From Caedibacter taeniospiralis (GTDB lineage Bacteria; Pseudomonadota; Gammaproteobacteria; Francisellales; Francisellaceae), in NCBI RefSeq assembly GCF_002803295.2, contig NZ_PGGB02000007.1:41366-73365 (forward strand): a DNA stretch of 32,000 nucleotides, in the 5' to 3' direction. Below the pieces are notes generated by a model. It ran no database searches. It was not told where the DNA came from and saw only the letters and a list, made by a program, of their open reading frames with translations. Made by a program: the position numbers and the translations under genes. This document shows, in pieces, positions 8,477 to 17,846 of this stretch; the stretch's first letter is position 1, and each line of letters starts with the position of its first letter.

Positions 8477-8671
8477 AATTAAGACATTAAGCAAAGCTAA
8501 TGGGCTTACTCTCCCTTCGCTTCTGAAGGCAAGATTTGAAACAACGGTGAGGAAATATAAAGAAATAGGAGTTCGAAACTCAATGACTGAAGTTATTACG
8601 CATTTGATGGTAACTTTGCAACGATATTGCTACCATAGGCACCAGACTTTACTGTAAAAACAAAGTAGCTT

Positions 8672-10441
8672 ATGCCTAAGAAAATTTATATCGGTTCTTC
8701 TAATTTTGAGAAAATCATTACAGGCAATGGCTTATTTGTCGATAAGAGTCTGTTTATTAAAGAAATCATTGAGGATACTAGTGATGTGATCCTGATCACG
8801 CGCCCCAGACGCTTTGGCAAGACCCTAAACATGTCCATGCTGCATCATTTCTTTGCCGCTAAAATTGGTTTTATTGAAACCCAGGGCTTGTTTGATCATC
8901 TCGCTATTGCCAGGGAAGATAATGGTTTTTACCTTAAGGAGTATCAGGGCAAATATCCCGTGATCTTTGTGAGCTTTAAAGACATTAAGGCACGGGATTA
9001 TCAAACGGCATTGGAACACCTGTCACTTTTGTGCAGAGATCTCTTTAGAGCACATTACTATCTATTAGAGTCTGAACAATTAAGCTCCATTGACAAAGAA
9101 ATATTTCGCAATTACTTAAGATTTGAAATACTCAGTGCGTCAGAAATAGATGTCTCATTAAAAAGATTGAGCGAACTTTTCTATAAACACTACCAGCAGA
9201 AAGTAGTCATCTTAATCGACGAATATGACACCCCTCTCAATGCCGCTTATGTGGAGAATTATATTGAAGCATTAACCCCTTTGATGCGTAATCTAATGAG
9301 CAATACCTTTAAGGACAATGACGCACTTCACAAAGGTGTTATGACAGGCATTTTACGCGTCTCCAAAGACAGTATGCTCTCAGGCTTAAATAACCTTGAA
9401 GTCTATACAATTTTGGATAAAGAATATCGCGAATATTTTGGCTTTAGCAACAAAGAGCTTGATGAATTATATCAGGATCAGGGTTTGATTGCGGATAGAG
9501 AAAATGCCAAAAAATGGTATAACGGTTATAACTTTGCAGGACTTCAGATTTACAACCCCTGGTCGATTTTAAATTGTCTGCATAAAGATGGAAAATTTGA
9601 TGACTATTGGGTGCATACCTCCAATAACAAAATGATTGAAACCCTGCTGCTGAAATTCCGTGAAGATGTGCATCCTGCGGTGACGCAATTGATGGAATAT
9701 AAGACGGCAGAAGTCATTATCGATCGCCATGTGACCTATGACACGCTGGATATTCAATCGAGCAGTTTATGGAGTTTGTTGCTGTTTGCAGGCTATCTCA
9801 CTACCGAAAGCTGTGAAGCTACTGGTAAACTCCTGTATCGTTGCCAGGTTAAGCTCCCAAATATCGAAATTGTTCATTTACTTAATTATTACTTCGATAT
9901 GTGGTTTAGCACACGTTTAGGCGTACAGTATCAATCGTTTTTAAATAATCTGGTTGAAGGCAAGGTGGAGAAGTTCAGTGAACAATTAAACACTTATCTC
10001 ACTGAAGCCTTAAGTGTCAGAGACACAGGCTATACCGCCGAGAAGTTTTATCATGGTTTGGTGCTCGGTTTAATCGCGTCATTAAGAGAGACTCATCTCA
10101 TCCATTCAAATCGTGAATCAGGCGAGGGATATCCTGATGTGCTGATTTATCCATTGGCAGATAATCAAAAGCATGATTTGGGAATTGTAATGGAATTTAA
10201 GCATGGGAAGGAAGACGATAGCGAAAATCAGGAACTCCTGGCAGAGAAAGCCCTAAGCCAGATTGATACGAAAAATTATGTGGCAGAACTTAAAGCGCAA
10301 TCGCAGGTCAAGCGTATTTTAAAACTAGGACTGGCGTTTAACCACAAGCGGGTGGTTGTGAAGCATGCTTTAACGGAACGCGGCCTTGCCGGAGCATCTC
10401 TACTACTCATGCTTGCTACCGTGCAACTTCGCCAATTCTAA
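8672..10441 (+). CDS. AAA-ATPase-like (PF09820-type) protein with a C-terminal PD-(D/E)XK nuclease domain (PDDEXK_9-type); function unknown
   Basis: N-terminus IGSSNFEKII..FVDKSLFIKEII......LITRPRRFGKTLNMSMLHHFF is the characteristic predicted-AAA-ATPase signature, including the P-loop-like RRFGKT. The C-terminus ESGEGYPDVLIYP....GIVMEFK fits an E/D...E.K nuclease core. No clear SD precedes the ATG at 8672. Confidence 0.75.
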   Translation: MPKKIYIGSSNFEKIITGNGLFVDKSLFIKEIIEDTSDVILITRPRRFGKTLNMSMLHHFFAAKIGFIETQGLFDHLAIAREDNGFYLKEYQGKYPVIFVSFKDIKARDYQTALEHLSLLCRDLFRAHYYLLESEQLSSIDKEIFRNYLRFEILSASEIDVSLKRLSELFYKHYQQKVVILIDEYDTPLNAAYVENYIEALTPLMRNLMSNTFKDNDALHKGVMTGILRVSKDSMLSGLNNLEVYTILDKEYREYFGFSNKELDELYQDQGLIADRENAKKWYNGYNFAGLQIYNPWSILNCLHKDGKFDDYWVHTSNNKMIETLLLKFREDVHPAVTQLMEYKTAEVIIDRHVTYDTLDIQSSSLWSLLLFAGYLTTESCEATGKLLYRCQVKLPNIEIVHLLNYYFDMWFSTRLGVQYQSFLNNLVEGKVEKFSEQLNTYLTEALSVRDTGYTAEKFYHGLVLGLIASLRETHLIHSNRESGEGYPDVLIYPLADNQKHDLGIVMEFKHGKEDDSENQELLAEKALSQIDTKNYVAELKAQSQVKRILKLGLAFNHKRVVVKHALTERGLAGASLLLMLATVQLRQF

Positions 10442-10495
10442 TTCAGAATGTCTGATTTGAATTTGGTTGTTTATTGTAATAAAAATAATCACTCA

Positions 10496-11299
10496 TTATA
10501 AATAATTTGTATTGTTATAAACCTGTCCATATTTACCATTAAAGTCACTGCAGCTGTTGACGCTAAGAGGCGTAGGTGAACTTGATGGACTACCTGGACT
10601 AGACATGGAGTTATCGAAGCTTCCATCTGGACTATAGATGGGTTGGTTGGGGGCTGCATCGCAACTCACGGGAAATTGAGAAAGGGTAACATAATAGCTA
10701 TCCTCATATTTGGTATCATCAGGGCGTTTCCAGTCCTTAAATCCTCCGACTAAATAAAGACCTGTATTACTGTCGCTATTGACTCCGTTACATCCTGAGG
10801 AAATGCAGCCTCGAGAGAACGCGCTGACATAGGTAACCCAGGTTTCTTTGGGGTATTTCCCATACCAGCCAGGATCATATTGATCACGCGCAACATTGAT
10901 ATAAAAAGTTAAATCTCCACCATTAAAGTTTACATTCTTAACAGTGAAGGTGATTAAACAGCCCGAGAGATATTTGCCATGCGCATCCCCATAGTTGTAA
11001 TTACCAATCATTTGTATGGTTTGCGTGCTTTTGCCTGGATTGATGACATCCCCCGTGCTTGCTCCTGAAAAGGCATTGCATTTAGGAGGATAATTTCCCA
11101 AGGCATCGGTAATACTGGTAATCTCCACCTGAAAGGGGCTTTGATTGATAAACTGAAGGTGCCCTGCTCGGACATCATGGCTGTCGGTAAAAGAAGAGGT
11201 GTTGTAATACTTGGTGTCATCTTTGGCAAAAGTTAGGTTTACTCCAAGCAGTAACATCCAGCTTAGGTTAATGCTGGTAGTCGAAATAAATGCTTTCAT
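10496..11299 (-). CDS. Secreted protein of unknown function (267 aa), translationally coupled to the upstream 1603-aa gene
   Basis: Signal-peptide-like N-terminus MKAFISTTSINLSWMLLLGVNLTFA. Its ATG overlaps the TGA of the upstream gene (ATGA at 11296..11299). It has a Ser/Pro-rich C-terminal stretch and several Cys. No family recognised. Confidence 0.7.
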   Translation of the reverse strand: MKAFISTTSINLSWMLLLGVNLTFAKDDTKYYNTSSFTDSHDVRAGHLQFINQSPFQVEITSITDALGNYPPKCNAFSGASTGDVINPGKSTQTIQMIGNYNYGDAHGKYLSGCLITFTVKNVNFNGGDLTFYINVARDQYDPGWYGKYPKETWVTYVSAFSRGCISSGCNGVNSDSNTGLYLVGGFKDWKRPDDTKYEDSYYVTLSQFPVSCDAAPNQPIYSPDGSFDNSMSSPGSPSSSPTPLSVNSCSDFNGKYGQVYNNTNYL

Positions 11300-14200
11300 T
11301 TTTCATTTTCCTTAGGTGTAAGTTGATTTTTTGTTTTTAGTGGTGTACTTGATTGGCTTGCACTAACGGGTAGAACAAAAAATGCGTCATGTTGATAGTA
11401 GTCATCAAAGCCCAGGCTAATTCCAGCACTATTAAAATTAAGGATCCACCAGTCCCCTGCCTCTAGTTCCGTACTGGTCCAATAACTGTCTTGCTGTAGG
11501 TTCAAAAAACCAACGGCATTGAGATAGTTTGCAATCGTTCCGCAAGGTTGATTCTTTTGAGCCCCACAAATATTTGTCTGATTCCAATTGTAAAAAAGAC
11601 CTGTTGATAAAATGTTTGAATAGCAGGAGCTTCCATTCCAGAGGTCTTGGCAACCAAGCTCCTCCATACTGGGTAACCGCCAGTTGCTAAGCCCACAGAC
11701 TTTATTGGTGTTGGCTTTAGCAGGGTCTTGTTGTGCCTCGGTCATCAATTGTTTGGCTAGACTCCCTGATCTTGCCCATAGTAAATTAGTTTCAGTATCT
11801 AACATACAATTTTCGGGATCGATGGGGTATGGAATAAATCGCCCACCACACGAAAGTATATCATCAACAATGCGCAACTCTTGTCCTCTAGGGCAGGTAC
11901 TGTAATCCAAAGTAGACGCTTTTCCATGACAAATGACCGAGATCTGGTTTTGACCAACATTATAATCGGTTATCATACAACCATCTGGCACAGCTGGAGG
12001 TTCGGGAGCGCCTTTGTTTACGATACACGTTTGGGAGCCATCTTCATTGAAACGAATTCCATAGTTGGGATCACAATCCCCTTGAAATTTTTCATATTGC
12101 TCCAGAGTCATGACTATCTCATCTAAAGCATAGGCTGCTGATGAGGAAGGATTATATGTCGGGCACACGATATAGGCTTTACCACCTTGATAGCTGACCA
12201 GGGTGCATGCCCCGGTGATATTTGGAGCGCCTGCTTCAATCTGGCATTGCAACTTGCCTGTATCATCGGCAAACACGCTGGAGCCTGGCGTACATATCGT
12301 TGCATAACTCCAGCTGTCATTAAAGGTTTTTGCATCACCACAAGTCGCTGAAATCGTTTGAGGATAAGCATTACCCAAGTTGCCAAAGGCAGCATTGTAA
12401 ATTATACACTGTTGCGTATAGGTGCCAGGCGCAGGGGTGTGTCCTGTACTGACTACACCTGTTTTATCCACCACAAAAGTCTGATCATTCGACGGTTTTG
12501 GCCAAATGGGATTCACTGAGAGATCTGTACTTACCCATGAACCCGATGGTTGACCACTACTTAAACTTTGACAATAAAACACGGGTTCTGGGAACGGGGC
12601 ATTATTGGCATTATCCTGAGAGGTCCCCAGTGCCTTATGTAAATTGCCTAAATAGGATAGGTCACACAAAGCTTCAACGCTTGAATCAAGATAATGTGAT
12701 TTTTCCCATGATCTGGCATCTGGGGAAGTGTTTGATTTTAACGAGCTGGTCTTTTTATCCCAGAAGGCGCAGTGCACACTTTGCATATCTGGAGTAGTCG
12801 TTGTTTCATAGATATAGGCACCACATACCCCTGACCATTGAGGAATACTGACTTTACCATCGCTGTTATAAACGTAGACTTGATGATTATGCTCGATAGG
12901 AGATGCGGCAGAAAGAACGGTTTTTATCCATTGAGTGTTTTCAGTGGCAGAACCTGAGCTTGGATGGCAATAGAACTCAAGGTGATCACTGTCTTTGGCG
13001 ATCCCAAGACTGGAAAGCGCACAATGAGATTGGATATCTGGCGTGATTTGCCCACGTTGCAGCAAGTAATCCGCCAAAGCTGACGCTAAGGGTTTGCCAT
13101 CTTTATCTGCACAATACAGGAAACCTTTGGGCAAAACGTCTTTGTATGATTTTCCGTTACTGAGGTTGTATTGGCTACAAAACAAGCTGCCGTCAGGTTT
13201 TAAATAATCAAGGTAATAAGTAACATTGTTGCAGCGCGTAACAAGGCGATCTTTGTACACAATTGGTTGGGAGCAATAATCTCTCCAGTTACCCTTAGGT
13301 AAATTATCTTTCATCGAATCAGGCCATAAGTCACTTGGCGAGGGCGACCATAAGTAGCCAGCTTTATTGATGCTAAAAGCACTTGAGCTTAGCGTGTTTC
13401 CACTATTGCCATTGTTTACGGTAACTTCTGAGGCATTGCGATACATGCCATTAAAATCAATGCCATAGTTATGAATAACATCTAATCGATATAAGGGCCA
13501 GGTTTGGACAATATCATCGTTGCCCTTCATTGCTGTGGCACCGATGAATTGACCATCATTACTGATGACAACCGTTTTGGGATCAATAGAAGAGGCAGGT
13601 GAAAACTTTAAGCCATTATCAAGGATGCTTTGGTAGTCAAAGCTATTGACACTACAGGCGAGCATCGCTGTTGTAGGGTTAAAATTGATGAAAATATCAT
13701 GCAAGGAGACATTGCTAAAATTGGTGGATACACAAGAAGCAGGATAAATCGTATATTTCTGAAAAGCAGGTAGGCTTGCGCTTGGATTGACTGAACATTG
13801 CAACTCTAGTGGAGAGGTAACGCTGGAGTATGCTGAGGCATTGCACACGTAGGAATTATCGGGTTGTTTTGTGCAGCCACTTCCTGTTTGAGGGTTAAAA
13901 ACCTCGGGTATTTTGCAAAACTGTGACCAATTACCGCGTGGTAAATCCGTATTAATGGGACTGACATCTTGAAGATAACCATTAAATAAATTGTCATTAA
14001 CGACAAAATTATCGGTAACAATTGCATCCCAGTAGGTTTTATTATTTTCAGAGGGCACTGCTGTGTTTGCCTCAAAACGACTGACAATAGCGTAGACATA
14101 TTGGGTGTTGCCACTTCCATCCTGGCGGGTAAATTGAGGGGCGATATTGGCAAAATTACTGCCAAATTCTCCATCGGCTGAACTTGGGGGTAAAAGCGAA

Positions 14201-16107
14201 AAAGCACTGGAGACGACGCTGTATTGCGCCATGACTCCTACGGTTTGATAAGGATAGTCGCTACTGGGAAATTGGCTTTTACAGTCAAAGAGCTGTCCAT
14301 TAGCTTCGTAAAAATTCCCTGTAAGTGCACAAACAAAAGCAGGATCGGCATTTTGTGTTAAAGCGGCTAAATTACGACTTTTTACGAGTTTAATATAATT
14401 TTCAATATCTGTTTGGCTGAGCTGATGTTTCATTGTGAAAGGAACATAAATCATCGGTACAGTATCGCTATTGGTGAAGGCTTGAATCCGCTGCGTTGTT
14501 CCAGGAATAGTATTAAATGAAATTTTTCCCACTGAGGCAGAGGTCGCGGGGATGCCACCAACATAACTATTGACCTGAAAACTAGTTAATCCCTGAGTAA
14601 AAGTATTATTTAGTGTTTGCAGTGCATTCGTAAAATCCTCTGAAAGACTGGAAATATCAATGCCATACGCCTTAAGCAAATCGGGTTTAAAGTAGTAGGC
14701 ATATACAATCGCCTGTGATGCACTGGATAAAATGGTCACAGCTTGCGCGTAGAGCTGATAAAATTGCAATGACGTATTGCCAAGATCAATCATCTGTGTT
14801 GTTTCACCCAGATTTAACAGTGCATACCCAGGTTGCGATTTATTTAAGTATAAGCCTCCTGTGCTATTGATAATGGCCTGCACCTGTTGGGCGTATTTAC
14901 TAAGCCACTGATTGATCAAATCGCCTAAATCCTGAATGTTAATATTCGTCTTATCCCCAGTGCTTAGAACACCAAGGTAGTCTAGTGTTTTAGTCAGTGC
15001 ATCTGCGGTCTGCTTTCCCTCTGTAGTTATGGAAAGCACATTGAAAACTTCCTGAGTGAATAAAGACATTTGCTGATTCGTCCACGGAATTCCCTGGCGT
15101 GTATTTCCGTTAAGGTCCTTATATGTGTAGGGAACAAAGGCGGAAAAACTGCCATCAGATTGAAAAATAGCCGAAGTAAACTTATTTCTTGTGTCATCGG
15201 GATATTGATTGTTATCCATACCAAGCACCACTTGAGCGCGAGTGCCACCACTTAGGCTAAATAAAAGCTGACCATTTTCAAACTTCACCCCCGTGACGCT
15301 AATTGCCCCATTTGCAATTTGTGCTTCATCCAAAGGATAAAGCTGAAAGTAGACGCTACTAAAAGACCACACTGTGGTATTGCCTTGTTTGATGATCGCA
15401 TCTCCATCGTAGATCACAAAACTAAATGGTTTACTGCCTCCAACATTCCAGCCTGAAGCAGGCATAGCTTCACCATTGTTAATCACCAGATATGCGCCAT
15501 CCTGTGGATTACTCCCTGGTGTTTCGTCTTCTTCAATACTAGGAAAAATAATAAGGTATGGGGCTATGGGCGGGAAGATCCAGCTTGAAATAGTCTCGGT
15601 AAAAAACTGACTTTGTGGATTGTCGGCAAAAGCCAAAATACCATTTGTGGTGGAATTAATCTCGGTATAAAGCGTATTAGCTGCTTCATCTAATTTAAAC
15701 CCAAGGGTTCCTGCAATACTTTTAATAATATCTTCAATCAAGGCATCAGTGGCAGCGAAATCCTCAGTCATCACCTGCATTGTCGTTTGCTGCATGGTTT
15801 CAATATCATTAATACCTTGAAGAATCTGCTCTAACATTTCCATTTGCGGGTCAGGCTGTGGCCAGATCAGACTCCAGAGTTTACCTGCGCCAAAATTAGC
15901 CAAGGCGGCAAGGGGGTCAAACGCATCGAGGATAGTTGAGGCTTCATTTTTTACAAATCGATCCGCGAGCCCCTTTCCTGCCAAACAGGCAAAACTGTCT
16001 TTGGAATCTCCTGCTTCATCCCAGACATTACAATCCTGGGCATGGGTTATTTGCATGCTTAAGCTCAATAAAGATAAGCAAAAGAGTGATCTAATTGTCT
16101 TTTTCAT
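11296..16107 (-). CDS. Large (1603 aa) secreted Cys-rich protein with a C-terminal DUF1566 / Lcl-C-terminal-like domain; putative adhesin or toxin-like factor
   Basis: ATG at 16107 lies 7 nt after AAGGAG. Signal peptide MKKTIRSLFCLSLLSLSMQITHA. The C-terminal ~150 aa (nt ~11362..11820) carry DUF1566-type motifs: TNLLWARSG, NWRLPSMEEL, SYWTSTE, FFVLPV. The central region has recurrent Cys modules. Confidence 0.85.
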   Translation of the reverse strand: MKKTIRSLFCLSLLSLSMQITHAQDCNVWDEAGDSKDSFACLAGKGLADRFVKNEASTILDAFDPLAALANFGAGKLWSLIWPQPDPQMEMLEQILQGINDIETMQQTTMQVMTEDFAATDALIEDIIKSIAGTLGFKLDEAANTLYTEINSTTNGILAFADNPQSQFFTETISSWIFPPIAPYLIIFPSIEEDETPGSNPQDGAYLVINNGEAMPASGWNVGGSKPFSFVIYDGDAIIKQGNTTVWSFSSVYFQLYPLDEAQIANGAISVTGVKFENGQLLFSLSGGTRAQVVLGMDNNQYPDDTRNKFTSAIFQSDGSFSAFVPYTYKDLNGNTRQGIPWTNQQMSLFTQEVFNVLSITTEGKQTADALTKTLDYLGVLSTGDKTNINIQDLGDLINQWLSKYAQQVQAIINSTGGLYLNKSQPGYALLNLGETTQMIDLGNTSLQFYQLYAQAVTILSSASQAIVYAYYFKPDLLKAYGIDISSLSEDFTNALQTLNNTFTQGLTSFQVNSYVGGIPATSASVGKISFNTIPGTTQRIQAFTNSDTVPMIYVPFTMKHQLSQTDIENYIKLVKSRNLAALTQNADPAFVCALTGNFYEANGQLFDCKSQFPSSDYPYQTVGVMAQYSVVSSAFSLLPPSSADGEFGSNFANIAPQFTRQDGSGNTQYVYAIVSRFEANTAVPSENNKTYWDAIVTDNFVVNDNLFNGYLQDVSPINTDLPRGNWSQFCKIPEVFNPQTGSGCTKQPDNSYVCNASAYSSVTSPLELQCSVNPSASLPAFQKYTIYPASCVSTNFSNVSLHDIFINFNPTTAMLACSVNSFDYQSILDNGLKFSPASSIDPKTVVISNDGQFIGATAMKGNDDIVQTWPLYRLDVIHNYGIDFNGMYRNASEVTVNNGNSGNTLSSSAFSINKAGYLWSPSPSDLWPDSMKDNLPKGNWRDYCSQPIVYKDRLVTRCNNVTYYLDYLKPDGSLFCSQYNLSNGKSYKDVLPKGFLYCADKDGKPLASALADYLLQRGQITPDIQSHCALSSLGIAKDSDHLEFYCHPSSGSATENTQWIKTVLSAASPIEHNHQVYVYNSDGKVSIPQWSGVCGAYIYETTTTPDMQSVHCAFWDKKTSSLKSNTSPDARSWEKSHYLDSSVEALCDLSYLGNLHKALGTSQDNANNAPFPEPVFYCQSLSSGQPSGSWVSTDLSVNPIWPKPSNDQTFVVDKTGVVSTGHTPAPGTYTQQCIIYNAAFGNLGNAYPQTISATCGDAKTFNDSWSYATICTPGSSVFADDTGKLQCQIEAGAPNITGACTLVSYQGGKAYIVCPTYNPSSSAAYALDEIVMTLEQYEKFQGDCDPNYGIRFNEDGSQTCIVNKGAPEPPAVPDGCMITDYNVGQNQISVICHGKASTLDYSTCPRGQELRIVDDILSCGGRFIPYPIDPENCMLDTETNLLWARSGSLAKQLMTEAQQDPAKANTNKVCGLSNWRLPSMEELGCQDLWNGSSCYSNILSTGLFYNWNQTNICGAQKNQPCGTIANYLNAVGFLNLQQDSYWTSTELEAGDWWILNFNSAGISLGFDDYYQHDAFFVLPVSASQSSTPLKTKNQLTPKENEK

Positions 16108-16325
16108 AGTAGGGCTCCTTACACGATCAATGCTATTTAGTTTCGTCTCCTGACGTGCTAACAGATATAAGCCATAAAATTAAAATATGCTACTGTGATC
16201 ATCGGAAAATTTAGCTTTCTGTCCGAACTCCAGTTATTTATTCTCAACAACCTTAAAAGTTGAACTGTTGCTTATTGCAGCTTAATGATAAAATGCCAAT
16301 AGATTCAGTCATGCGAGGTGAAAAG

Positions 16326-17303
16326 ATGAGATTTTTAGATATTCGCACCGATTTTGCGTTCAAAAAAGTGTTCGGCAGCGAAGGCAGTAAACCGCGTCTT
16401 ATTTCATTTTTAAATTCGGTGATTCAATTTGAGGGTGATGCTAAGATAACCGATTTAACGATCGTTGATCCTTATAACATCCCACTGCTAAAGGGAATGA
16501 AGGACAGCTTTGTAGATGTCAAAGCCGTACTTGATAATGGCTGCAAAGTAATCATTGAAATGCAGGTTTTGTCACATGCGGGGCTGGAAAAAAGGATTCT
16601 CTATAACGCAGCAAAGAATTACTCGACACAGCTTTTGGAAGGGGAAAAGTATCATTTGTTAAATCCCATTATTGCGCTGACCATCGTTGATTTTATGATG
16701 TTCGAAGACAATACCAGACTCATTTCAAACTTTAAGCTTCTGGAAAAGGAAGAGTTTATCACCTACAACGATGATCTTGAGCTTATTTTTATTGAATTGC
16801 CAAAATTTACTAAAACATTGGAAGAGCTAAAAAACATCCAGGATCAATGGCTCTATTTTATTAAAAATGCAGGGAGTCTTGCGCATATTCCGCACAACCT
16901 GAGCACCGAGGTTATCTCGGCATTTGATATCAGCAATACCGCAGCTATGACTGAGGAAGAACTTGAAGTTCAGTACAAGAAAAAAGAGTTTATTATCGTG
17001 CAAAAGGAAATTGCCGAGGAGAGGGAAAAGGCTGAAAAAAAGGCAAGTCAGGCAGAGGAAAAAGCGAGAAAAGCAGAGGCTAAAGCAATAGAAGCAGAAA
17101 AAAAAGCAAGAAAAGCGGAGGAGAAAGCAAGAAAAGCGGAGGAGAAAGCAAGAAAAGAGCGTAAAGAAGGGGTAAAAGAAGGAAAGGCACAAGTACAAAT
17201 TGACATTGCCAAACAACTTAAAGCAGCGGGTATGGGTAATGCGGAGATTTCTGCCATGACTGGTTTGTCGGTTGAAGCGGTGAGCCAATTAAACCAAGAC
17301 TGA
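16326..17303 (+). CDS. Rpn/YhgA-like PD-(D/E)XK nuclease family 'putative transposase' (PDDEXK_2 / TIGR01784-like) with a Lys/Glu/Ala heptad-repeat coiled coil and a C-terminal HTH-like tail
   Basis: MRFLDIRTDFAFKKVFGSEGSKPRLISFLNSVI......FVDVKAVLDNGCKVIIEMQV matches the family signature (D..FKK.FG, D...E.Q core). The tail IAKQLKAAGMGNAEISAMTGLSVEAVSQL is typical of the family. Start chosen at ATG 16326, 5 nt after GAGGTG. The ORF track begins at an upstream TTG (16260), and an in-frame ATG at 16311 is also possible. Confidence 0.75.
   Translation: MRFLDIRTDFAFKKVFGSEGSKPRLISFLNSVIQFEGDAKITDLTIVDPYNIPLLKGMKDSFVDVKAVLDNGCKVIIEMQVLSHAGLEKRILYNAAKNYSTQLLEGEKYHLLNPIIALTIVDFMMFEDNTRLISNFKLLEKEEFITYNDDLELIFIELPKFTKTLEELKNIQDQWLYFIKNAGSLAHIPHNLSTEVISAFDISNTAAMTEEELEVQYKKKEFIIVQKEIAEEREKAEKKASQAEEKARKAEAKAIEAEKKARKAEEKARKAEEKARKERKEGVKEGKAQVQIDIAKQLKAAGMGNAEISAMTGLSVEAVSQLNQD
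17064..17168 (+). repeat. Five tandem 21-bp (heptad) coding repeats, two of them identical
   Basis: gcaagaaaagcggaggagaaa occurs at 17106..17126 and 17127..17147 (ARKAEEK twice), flanked by diverged copies ARKAEAK, AIEAEKK and ARKERKE. An A8 run lies at 17098..17105. Confidence 0.8.
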
Positions 17304-17369
17304 GTTTTTACTCTAGCCCAAAACGCTCAACATTGAATGCTTCAGGTCGAGCTTAGACCACCCCATCAA

Positions 17370-17684
17370 TCAAAATTCTTCGCAAATGGTTTGATCATTG
17401 CCCAAAACAAGTCCTCTTTGTTGGGCAATTTTGCTAAGCTTCATCATTTTAGCGTGATAAGAATCATTGTCGTTGCGTTTTCTAAATGTTGCTGGCTTTT
17501 CAGTGTAAGGGTTGAACATAAAAAATTGATGCGTACCCCGGCTGATATTGCATGTACGAATATGAGCAACCTTAGTTGCTTCCTTCCAATCTGTACTTTG
17601 TATATCTAAGATACATTCTGCAAAGACGCTGCCACTTAAGGTCAATGCCAGCAAGATTGAAAGTAAGTTGTTTTTAATATTCAT
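17370..17684 (-). CDS. Small secreted protein (104 aa), unknown function
   Basis: ATG lies 7 nt after GGAGA. Signal peptide MNIKNNLLSILLALTLSGSVFA. The mature part has 4 Cys. No family recognised. Confidence 0.55.
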   Translation of the reverse strand: MNIKNNLLSILLALTLSGSVFAECILDIQSTDWKEATKVAHIRTCNISRGTHQFFMFNPYTEKPATFRKRNDNDSYHAKMMKLSKIAQQRGLVLGNDQTICEEF

Positions 17685-17846
17685 TTTGTTGTCTCCACTG
17701 GTGCTGTTTTTTTGACCATCTCATTATATGGTTTAAAAGATAATCTAATTAAGAGGAATATTTGACCTTTGAAGGAAATTTTTCCCCTGGTTGATGGATC
17801 GATTAAGCAGGTTGTAATAAACTACCCCATCCCTGGGCATTGATTA

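Noticed and set aside
8567-8582. tRNA T-arm-like sequence ggagttcgaaactc as a possible tRNA gene fragment or island att site
   Set aside because: Only a 3-bp stem can form and no acceptor or anticodon arms are visible around it. It is more likely part of the decayed MITE-related sequence next to the partial TIR at 8586..8602.
16218-16236. Solo MITE-TIR-like 13-mers gtccgaactccag (16221..) and gtccgaaactcag (22004..22016), each ~100 bp upstream of a plus-strand gene
   Set aside because: They match gtccgtaacttcag only with mismatches or indels. Roughly one such hit is expected by chance in 64 kb of two-strand sequence, so the similarity is not significant on its own.
17064-17168. Short tandem repeats as a possible CRISPR array
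   Set aside because: The units are contiguous 21-bp coding repeats without spacers, inside a clear ORF. No CRISPR-like repeat-spacer structure or cas genes occur anywhere in the window.
16827-17288. 153-aa and 69-aa ORFs antisense to the 3' part of the Rpn-like gene
   Set aside because: They lie opposite the Lys/Glu/Ala heptad-repeat region. Their low-complexity Phe/Leu/Ser-rich translation is the mirror image of the GAA/AAA/GCA repeats. They have no SD and no independent support.
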